64,000 nucleotides of DNA. Source: Acutalibacteraceae bacterium (GTDB lineage Bacteria > Bacillota > Clostridia > Oscillospirales > Acutalibacteraceae). A program made the position numbers and the translations under genes. The stretch is taken from positions 14,267-78,266 of the forward strand of contig JAZUOS010000054.1 in the NCBI GenBank assembly GCA_045604765.1, in the 5' to 3' direction. Position 1 is the stretch's first letter, and the number at the start of each line of letters is the position of its first letter. This document shows, in pieces, positions 57,849-64,000 of this stretch. A model generated the notes under the pieces. That model was not told the DNA's origin. It was given only the letters and a program-made list of their open reading frames with translations, and did not search any database.

Positions 57849-58592
57849 TCAACTATCCATATTAAGAGTTTTCTTAAATTCAGTTATTAAAAAATCAAAA
57901 TCTTCTTTGTCATAATAGTAATGTCCAGATTTTTTAAGTTTGTTCACCAAAACATTAGGCTTGTTTTCAAAATATTTTGCACTTCGACTTGAAACCATTT
58001 CATCTTTTTCAGATTGATATACCAAACAAATTGTATTAAGCAAATTCACAGTTTGGCGAGTTCGACGGATTTTTGCAAACAATTCTAAAAACCTAGGTAT
58101 CCAGCCAATATAATGAAAAGGATTTTTGTCCTTTTCTATACCGTAACACTTTTTTGCCGCCAATGCTTCATAATCATCCGAGCGAATTTTATCGAAATAA
58201 ACCTTTAATGAATTGATTGGCATTTTAGGGTTTATCGACAATCGCAATGGAACTGCAAGAAGAAACAACTTGCAAACTTTTTTGTTTTTAATTGCCTGGT
58301 CGATTGCAAAGAGTGTTCCTAATGAGTGCGCAACAATATATATTTTTTCGTGTGTTAATGATAATTCATCTACGACAGAAGCAACCTGTGCCTCCCACTT
58401 TTTCATTGAAGATCTTGAAAAATCCTTAACGCCCTTTCCGTGACCGTCTAAGAGCAAATTATAAACCGAAAATGATTCAGGAACTAAGGAAACAAACGCA
58501 TTAAAATGGTTTGGAGTACCGACAATTCCGTGAACAAACAAAATAGCGGTATCTGCGTCATCATTGATTCTTACATATTCCTTATGTTTCAT
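57849..58592 (-). CDS. alpha/beta-fold hydrolase (esterase/lipase-like)
   Basis: 247 aa with HG oxyanion motif (FVHGIVG) and nucleophile elbow AHSLG. Confidence 0.8.
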   Translation of the reverse strand: MKHKEYVRINDDADTAILFVHGIVGTPNHFNAFVSLVPESFSVYNLLLDGHGKGVKDFSRSSMKKWEAQVASVVDELSLTHEKIYIVAHSLGTLFAIDQAIKNKKVCKLFLLAVPLRLSINPKMPINSLKVYFDKIRSDDYEALAAKKCYGIEKDKNPFHYIGWIPRFLELFAKIRRTRQTVNLLNTICLVYQSEKDEMVSSRSAKYFENKPNVLVNKLKKSGHYYYDKEDFDFLITEFKKTLNMDS

Positions 58593-58612
58593 ATCATCAC
58601 CGCCTTGGGTGC

Positions 58613-58641
58613 ATTATAGCATAAAAGCGGTAAAGTCGCAA
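58613..58641 (-). promoter_or_regulatory. candidate sigma-A promoter of the hydrolase gene
   Basis: Minus strand reads TTGCGA-17 nt-TATAAT. Confidence 0.45.
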
Positions 58642-58647
58642 GTACAA

Positions 58648-58778
58648 GTGAAATCGTGCTATCGCACGGTGAAATCAAAGGCTTTGCCTTTGGTGAAATC
58701 GAAACCTTGCGGTTTCGGTGAAATTAAATCCGTCCCATAACCCGACGAAGTCGGATTTCACCACGTAGTGATTTCACC
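58648..58778. repeat. array of (G)GTGAAATC motifs: four direct copies plus two inverted copies, interleaved with short hairpins
   Basis: Direct copies start at 58648, 58669, 58693 and 58718. Inverted GATTTCACC at 58754 and 58770. Spacers are small palindromes. Confidence 0.7.
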
Positions 58779-58830
58779 CATCGAAGATGAATTTATCCCG
58801 TCCGATAGGACGGATTTAGTTGAAAAAGAA

Positions 58831-58860
58831 AAGACAAGTCTTTCGACTTGTCTTTCTTTT
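58831..58860. terminator. terminator after tRNA-Cys
   Basis: 10-bp stem aagacaagtc / gacttgtctt with T-rich flanks on both strands. Confidence 0.65.
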
Positions 58861-58862
58861 TC

Positions 58863-58936
58863 TGGAGGCACCACCCAGAATCGAACTGGGGATAAGGGCT
58901 TTGCAGGCCCCTGCCTTACCGCTTGGCCATGGTGCC
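58863..58936 (-). tRNA. tRNA-Cys (GCA)
   Basis: Cloverleaf folds by hand. Encoded CCA. Confidence 0.9.
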
Positions 58937-58955
58937 AAATTTTAGTTGTTGGGGG

Positions 58956-58986
58956 TTAAATAAAGGGCGCTTACCTTGAAGCGCCC
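58956..58986 (-). terminator. hairpin between tRNA-Gly and tRNA-Cys
   Basis: 8-bp stem gggcgctt / aagcgccc, followed by TTTATTT on the minus strand. Confidence 0.45.
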
Positions 58987-58989
58987 CTT

Positions 58990-59065
58990 TGGAGCGGATT
59001 ACGAGGCTCGAACTCGCTACCTCCACCTTGGCAAGGTGGCGCTCTACCAGATGAGCTAAATCCGC
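58990..59065 (-). tRNA. tRNA-Gly (GCC)
   Basis: Cloverleaf folds. Anticodon stem-loop CCACC-TTGCCAA-GGTGG. Encoded CCA. Confidence 0.9.
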
Positions 59066-59072
59066 ATAATAA

Positions 59073-59148
59073 TGGTGCCACCGGTCGGAATCGAACCAAC
59101 GACACGGGGATTTTCAGTGCCCTGCTCTACCGACTGAGCTACAGAGGC
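59073..59148 (-). tRNA. tRNA-Phe (GAA) with two stem mismatches
   Basis: Anticodon loop CTGAAAA. U4-U69 and C30-C40 do not pair. Encoded CCA. Confidence 0.75.
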
Positions 59149-59151
59149 AAA

Positions 59152-59228
59152 TGGCGACCTGGATGGGGCTCGAACCCACGACCTCTAGCGTGACAGGCTA
59201 GCGTTCTAACCAACTGAACTACCAGGCC
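59152..59228 (-). tRNA. tRNA-Asp (GTC)
   Basis: Cloverleaf folds. Anticodon stem-loop CTAGC-CTGTCAC-GCTAG. Encoded CCA. Confidence 0.9.
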
Positions 59229-59231
59229 AAA

Positions 59232-59307
59232 TGGTGGGAACAACAGGGCTCGAACCTGTGACCCTCTGCTTGTAAGGCAGATGCTCTCCCAGCTGAGCTA
59301 TGCTCCC
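59232..59307 (-). tRNA. tRNA-Val (TAC)
   Basis: Cloverleaf folds. Anticodon stem-loop TCTGC-CTTACAA-GCAGA. Encoded CCA. Confidence 0.9.
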
Positions 59308-59353
59308 ACGAAACGCTGGCTCTGTTAATCGCAACTCACCGGCGACGAACACT

Positions 59354-59382
59354 ATAATAGCATAACGATAACCCAATGTCAA
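59354..59382 (-). promoter_or_regulatory. sigma-A promoter of the tRNA cluster
   Basis: Minus strand reads TTGACA-17 nt-TATTAT, about 45 nt upstream of tRNA-Val. Confidence 0.55.
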
Positions 59383-59410
59383 GCATTTTTTTGAAAAATT
59401 TTAAAAATTT

Positions 59411-60289
59411 TTATTTTTTCAAAAAGGACCTGATTGCATCGCTTGTAAAGGTGTAAACGCTACCGCAAAACTGACAAACGGTTTCGGCTTTTTCCATTTC
59501 ATTTGCCATTGCTTCAAGCTCTTCTCGGTTTAAAGATTTAAGTGCGCTTTCAAATCTTTCTCTCGAACAATTACATTTATATGCAGCAGTCTGCTCCTCT
59601 AGAACCTCAACCTCAAAACCGTTTAGCGCAATTTTTACAATTTCTAATATATCCTTACCCTCGTCAAGCAAGGTTGTAATTGGTTTCATAGCCTTTATAT
59701 TAGCCTCTAACTTATCAATAACCTCGTCATAGCCGTAAGCCGCAGGAAGAAGCTGAACAATATAACCGCCTGCAACCCGCACGGTTAAATCGGGATTTAC
59801 CAAAACGCCCAATGCACATACGGTAGGAATCTGCTCACTTACCGCATAATAGGTCGCAATGTCTTCGGCGATTTCGCCCGTAGCAATCGGCACAAAGCCG
59901 TTGTATGGCTCCTTCATCCCCAAATCTTTTATTACATAAAGTGTGCCGTCGGTGCCAACAGCACCACTAACATCAAGCTTTCCGTTTTCTTTAAGAGGTA
60001 TTTCTACCACAGGGTTTACGGCATAACCGCGAACGTCACCACGACTGTCAGCCACAGCAATAACCGCACCGCTTGGTCCTTTGCCGTCAATTTTTACAGT
60101 GATGGTACTGTCCTCACCCTTTAATGCATTACCCATCAAAGACGTGGCGGTAAGTATTCTTCCTAAAGCGGCAGTTACCACGGCAGAGGTTTTGTGAAGG
60201 CTCTCGGCCTTGGCTACAATATCGGTGCTGTCAAGCGCCGTTGCCATAACGAGTCCGTCAGAGGTTATACATCTTATAAGTTTTCCCAT
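59411..60289 (-). CDS. hslO: Hsp33-family redox-regulated chaperone
   Basis: 292 aa with a C-terminal zinc centre CNCS...CQFCG. Confidence 0.9.
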   Translation of the reverse strand: MGKLIRCITSDGLVMATALDSTDIVAKAESLHKTSAVVTAALGRILTATSLMGNALKGEDSTITVKIDGKGPSGAVIAVADSRGDVRGYAVNPVVEIPLKENGKLDVSGAVGTDGTLYVIKDLGMKEPYNGFVPIATGEIAEDIATYYAVSEQIPTVCALGVLVNPDLTVRVAGGYIVQLLPAAYGYDEVIDKLEANIKAMKPITTLLDEGKDILEIVKIALNGFEVEVLEEQTAAYKCNCSRERFESALKSLNREELEAMANEMEKAETVCQFCGSVYTFTSDAIRSFLKK

Positions 60290-60292
60290 ATT

Positions 60293-61030
60293 TTAGTTCA
60301 CTTTCCTTGTAACATATACGACACGCTCGGTTGTGTCGGTGGGTGCATTTTGCGTTAGTTCTTCATACACCGCTTCAATTTTAAGACCCGCTTTTTCGAG
60401 AGCGTTTTTAACTTCATCATTAGTATATGCGCGCTCGCAAAAGCTTTCGCCACTACGGTAGTACGCATCACCGTCGGGTGTGAAGAAGTCAAGATTTATC
60501 TCGACTGTGTTTTTGCCGTCATATTCGTTTTGCCATACGCAATAAACACTGTCGGTATCGATAACAAAAGTATTATTACCCAAAACCTCGCTGTGTTTAT
60601 ACTCGGTGTTAAGGTCAAATATAAAAAGTCGGTCTTTTTCCAAAAACAGTGACACACGCTCTATCGCCTTGCAAAACTTTTTATAATCGGTAATATGATT
60701 AAGAGAGTCAAGACAGCATATCGCGCCGTCTATTGTGCCGTATAAATCGAGCTCGGCAGCATCTTGACAAAGATAAAGTATATCGTTTCCCTGTTCTGCA
60801 GATTTTTCGCGAGCGATAGACAGCATATCAAAAGACATATCGACGCCTATTATCGAAACGCCTGTCTTGGCAAAACGGTTACTGAATTCACCCGTACCGC
60901 AAGCAAGGTCAAGCATAAGCGTCGGCATACGGTCAAACGCATTAAAAAGAGAACAGAGATATTCCGTTCTCTTTTCATAATCAACATCTTGCATTAATGC
61001 ATCATACGAGTAAGCAAAATCGTTATACAT
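60293..61030 (-). CDS. class I SAM-dependent methyltransferase
   Basis: 245 aa with motif I LDLACGTG. Confidence 0.8.
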   Translation of the reverse strand: MYNDFAYSYDALMQDVDYEKRTEYLCSLFNAFDRMPTLMLDLACGTGEFSNRFAKTGVSIIGVDMSFDMLSIAREKSAEQGNDILYLCQDAAELDLYGTIDGAICCLDSLNHITDYKKFCKAIERVSLFLEKDRLFIFDLNTEYKHSEVLGNNTFVIDTDSVYCVWQNEYDGKNTVEINLDFFTPDGDAYYRSGESFCERAYTNDEVKNALEKAGLKIEAVYEELTQNAPTDTTERVVYVTRKVN

Positions 61031-61033
61031 TTT

Positions 61034-61303
61034 TTAATCCTTCAAACGCTCAAGAACAATTTTTGTGCCCTTGCTCATAGTACGATTAACTCGGCTGATG
61101 GTGGCGGTTGACGCGCCCGTTTCTTCAACTATGTCGTTATAAATTCTGCCTTCGCTAAGCATTTTTGCCACAGCAAAACGCTGCGCTATAGATTTTATCT
61201 CTTTTGGTGTGCACAAATCTTCAAAAAGATGTTGGCACTCCTCTTCAGATTTTAGTGTCATTACCGCGCTGTAGAGAAGCTTTGAAAAATCCTTTTCCGC
61301 CAT
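61034..61303 (-). CDS. YerC/YecD (TrpR-like) family protein
   Basis: 89 aa from the ATG at 61303. LCTPKEIKSIAQRFAVAKML...TGASTATISRV. Confidence 0.8.
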   Translation of the reverse strand: MAEKDFSKLLYSAVMTLKSEEECQHLFEDLCTPKEIKSIAQRFAVAKMLSEGRIYNDIVEETGASTATISRVNRTMSKGTKIVLERLKD

Positions 61304-61321
61304 TTTTATATCCTCTTTCAC

Positions 61322-62167
61322 TTAATATTCATAAACGCCGTCAAAAACTTTTGTTGCGGGCCCACGCATAAATACCGTGCCGTCATTTTTATATGTTATA
61401 AATAAATCGCCGCCAACAAGATGAACTGTAATTTCGGTATCGTGCTTGCAGTAGCCGTTTTCTACCGCCGCCACAGCCGCTGCACATGCGCCCGTGCCGC
61501 ATGCAAAGGTTTCGCCACTGCCACGCTCCCAAACGCGCATTTGCAAGGTCTTTTTGTCAATCACACGAATAAACTCGGTATTTACGCCTTGAGGGAACAT
61601 TTCGTGATGCTCAAAGTGGGGGCCTATTTTTTCAAGATTAAGACTGTCTATCTCATCACAAAAGGTAACCGCGTGCGGATTGCCCATAGAAACCGCAGTG
61701 ATGTTATAATCTTTGCTGTCTACGGTTATTGCGGTATCAATTATTGTATCGCAATCAGCAATTGCAGGAATTTTTTCGGGTGACAACTCCGCTTTGCCCA
61801 TATCTACCGTTATTGTTTCTGCCGCACCGTCTTTATCGGTAATATAAAGCGTTTTTATGCCGCTTGGGGTTTCAACTGTTACCGTATCTTTGTGAGCGAT
61901 ATTATTATCATAAACAAACTTGCCCACACAACGAATACCGTTGCCGCACATTTTACCCTCACTGCCGTCAAGGTTAAACATACGCATTTTAGCGTCTGCC
62001 ACTTTAGACGGACAAATTAAAATCACACCGTCAGCGCCAACGCTAAAACGACGCGGTGACATTATTTTGGCAAGCTCGTTTGGATTATCTATTTGTTGGT
62101 CAAAACAATTTATATACACGTAATCGTTACCTATGCCGTGCATTTTGGTGAAGTTTATTTTTGGCAT
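61322..62167 (-). CDS. dapF: diaminopimelate epimerase
   Basis: 281 aa. HGIGNDYVY, MCGNGIRC and ACGTGACA active-site Cys motifs. Confidence 0.93.
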   Translation of the reverse strand: MPKINFTKMHGIGNDYVYINCFDQQIDNPNELAKIMSPRRFSVGADGVILICPSKVADAKMRMFNLDGSEGKMCGNGIRCVGKFVYDNNIAHKDTVTVETPSGIKTLYITDKDGAAETITVDMGKAELSPEKIPAIADCDTIIDTAITVDSKDYNITAVSMGNPHAVTFCDEIDSLNLEKIGPHFEHHEMFPQGVNTEFIRVIDKKTLQMRVWERGSGETFACGTGACAAAVAAVENGYCKHDTEITVHLVGGDLFITYKNDGTVFMRGPATKVFDGVYEY

Positions 62168-62180
62168 AATTCACCGCCTA

Positions 62181-62215
62181 AAAAATAATGATTGGCTACT
62201 TCGCCAATCATTATT
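62181..62215 (-). terminator. terminator after the zinc-ribbon membrane protein gene
   Basis: 13-bp perfect stem aataatgattggc / gccaatcattatt with a T-run on the minus strand. Confidence 0.65.
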
Positions 62216-62250
62216 ATAAGATATATAAAAATTATTGTCAATTAAAACTT

Positions 62251-62658
62251 TCACGCTTTAAAGACATAAACTTTAAATTTGTTTTGGCATTTCGGGCAAA
62301 TAGTAGTGTGCTTGCCCTTGCGGCGTGGAAGTCGCAGCACTGCCTTGCAGCGCGGACACTTTTTATAAATGTGTGTATAGTCGGCTTTGCGCTGACGGCT
62401 GACATTGTGCTTTTCTCTCATTTTAAAAGCAATATGCATAATCGCGTTGTTTTCTCGTTTGCGAGCCGCGATATTGCGCGATAAAGCTCTATAAAAAGCG
62501 TATATCAATATAGCGTCGATTATAATCTGAATAATAATAGAGCGCACAAAAACATTTACGACAAACAGCACCGCAGCAACACCAAAGAGCACATAAAACA
62601 ACGCATCTACACCGTAACGCCCACTCATAAATCGCATAAGCTTATATCTAAAATTCAT
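62251..62658 (-). CDS. hypothetical membrane protein with C-terminal zinc ribbon
   Basis: 135 aa. Two TM helices, then CPRC...CPKC. Confidence 0.55.
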   Translation of the reverse strand: MNFRYKLMRFMSGRYGVDALFYVLFGVAAVLFVVNVFVRSIIIQIIIDAILIYAFYRALSRNIAARKRENNAIMHIAFKMREKHNVSRQRKADYTHIYKKCPRCKAVLRLPRRKGKHTTICPKCQNKFKVYVFKA

Positions 62659-62729
62659 ATAGCCAACCTCTTTTCGTTTATATTATACTGCCTATTAAAA
62701 ATTAATTTGTTACTAAAAAATTAAAGTTT

Positions 62730-62758
62730 TTGCATTATTACACGAAATATGTTAAAAT
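62730..62758 (+). promoter_or_regulatory. candidate sigma-A promoter of comM/yifB
   Basis: TTGCAT-17 nt-TAAAAT, about 30 nt upstream of the ATG. Confidence 0.45.
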
Positions 62759-62789
62759 ATAGAAAAATTAAAACAAAGGTTTTGTGTGT

Positions 62790-64000
62790 ATGTTTTCGAT
62801 GGTAAAAAGCGTAGGTATTTTTGGCCTTAATTCTTATATGCTTGGTATTGAGGCCGACGTTTCGGGAGGCTTGCCCGCATTTGATGTGGTGGGTCTGCCC
62901 GACGCCGCGGTAAAGGAATCACGTGACCGTGTGCGCGCCGCTATAAAAAACTGCGGTTATAAATTTCCCACAGGCAGAATAACCGTAAACCTTGCCCCCG
63001 CCGACAAGAAAAAGGAAGGCGCAGTTTATGACCTACCGATACTTATATCTATTCTTGCAGCATCTAAACAGCTCGATGCAAATACTCAAAGCTGCGCGTT
63101 TTTGGGCGAAGTGTCGCTCGACGGTCAGGTACGAAGTATAAACGGCGTGCTTGCTATGGTAATAACCGCCAAGCAAAGCGGTATCAGTGACATATTTGTT
63201 CCTTTTGATAATGCAAGCGAGGGCGCCGCAGTTGAGGGTATTAATGTTTATGGTGTTAAAAGCGTGAAAGAGCTTGTTGACCATCTTATAGGCTTTACTC
63301 GGCTTGCACCTGCCACACCTGTGCCACCGCAAGAAAGCACTCTTGCCGCCGCTCTTGACTTTTGCGAGGTTAAAGGGCAAGTTATGGCAAAAAAAGCGCT
63401 TGAAGTAGCCGCCGCAGGCGGACATAACATATTGCTTATCGGTCCACCCGGTTCGGGCAAAAGTATGCTTGCCAAGCGTATGCCCACCATTTTGCCGCCA
63501 ATGACCTTTGACGAGTCAATAGAAACTACAAAAATACATTCGGTTGCGGGAATGCTTGACAAAAATAACCCCATTGTTACAACAAGGCCTTTCCGTTCAC
63601 CCCATCACACTATATCGTCAGTTGGACTGTCGGGCGGCGGCACTGTGCCAAAACCGGGCGAGATATCTATGGCGCATAACGGCGTTTTGTTCTTAGACGA
63701 GCTGCCCGAATTTAAGCGTGACGCTATGGAAGCGCTTCGCCAACCGCTTGAGGACGGCACAGTTACCGTAACGCGCGCGGCGGGTAGCGTTACATACCCC
63801 AGCAACATAATACTCATTGCCGCTATGAACCCATGCCCTTGCGGATATTACGGTCACCCGTCAAAGCCCTGCACATGTTCTGGAAATGCGGTGCATAAGT
63901 ATCTGGGTAAAATATCGGGTCCGCTGCTTGACCGCCTTGATTTGCACATAGAGGTGCCGCCGGTTGATTATAAGGCGCTATCAGACAAGGCGCAGGGCGA
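62790..64000 (+). CDS. comM: YifB/ComM-family Mg-chelatase-like AAA+ ATPase, 3' end outside window
   Basis: Absent from the ORF track because no stop lies in the window. The frame from the ATG at 62790 reads [31 protein letters not shown]..., Walker A GPPGSGKS, and NPCPCGYYG. Confidence 0.9.
   Translation, partial: MFSMVKSVGIFGLNSYMLGIEADVSGGLPAFDVVGLPDAAVKESRDRVRAAIKNCGYKFPTGRITVNLAPADKKKEGAVYDLPILISILAASKQLDANTQSCAFLGEVSLDGQVRSINGVLAMVITAKQSGISDIFVPFDNASEGAAVEGINVYGVKSVKELVDHLIGFTRLAPATPVPPQESTLAAALDFCEVKGQVMAKKALEVAAAGGHNILLIGPPGSGKSMLAKRMPTILPPMTFDESIETTKIHSVAGMLDKNNPIVTTRPFRSPHHTISSVGLSGGGTVPKPGEISMAHNGVLFLDELPEFKRDAMEALRQPLEDGTVTVTRAAGSVTYPSNIILIAAMNPCPCGYYGHPSKPCTCSGNAVHKYLGKISGPLLDRLDLHIEVPPVDYKALSDKAQG

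Noticed and set aside
58648-58778. Possible CRISPR array (regularly spaced GGTGAAATC repeats)
   Set aside because: The repeat is only 8-9 nt and the period only 21-25 nt. The spacers are themselves palindromes, two copies are inverted, and no cas genes are in the window.
63033-63817. Minus-strand ORFs (130, 108 and 70 aa) near the right edge
   Set aside because: They are antisense to the clearly recognisable comM/yifB reading frame, which is missing from the track only because it has no stop in the window.

Overview
This is a 64-kb chromosomal segment from a low-GC, spore-forming Clostridia genome that encodes dockerin proteins. A Ruminococcus/Oscillospiraceae-like origin is inference only. 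About 90% of genes lie on the minus strand.

Main content, in window order:
- A malic enzyme / MFS / amidohydrolase operon.
- An AT-rich methylase-nuclease-methylase restriction-modification cassette.
- A mannoside/N-glycan-type locus with GH38, two AraC regulators and tandem GH130 phosphorylases.
- A PadR-DUF1700-DUF4097 module.
- A 1379-aa protein with an internal dockerin and a GH16 domain.
- A complete F1Fo ATP synthase operon (atpIBEFHAGDC). Its c subunit has a Na+-type two-carboxylate signature and its epsilon subunit lacks the C-terminal domain.
- bofA, a PhoR/PhoB-like two-component pair, and manA.
- An EF-G paralogue.
- tRNA-Met and tRNA-Glu on the plus strand.
- A third GH130 with a MATE transporter and an acetyltransferase.
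- A GH3-GH2-GPH transporter operon.
- A DUF1836-NfeD-flotillin operon.
- A BclA-like collagen protein.
- A five-gene tRNA cluster on the minus strand.
- dapF-yerC-MTase-hslO, and a partial comM/yifB.

I recognised no rRNA, CRISPR array, cas gene, transposase, integrase or phage gene.

The most unusual observations are:
- several structured or repetitive intergenic elements: boxes complementary to tRNA-Glu, a GGTGAAATC array, a multi-hairpin tract and TTGTAAC repeats;
- a sugar transporter with a ~180-aa insert in an external loop;
- the Na+-type c-ring signature;
- the restriction-modification island.

All coordinates and motifs were read by eye. No database search was run.
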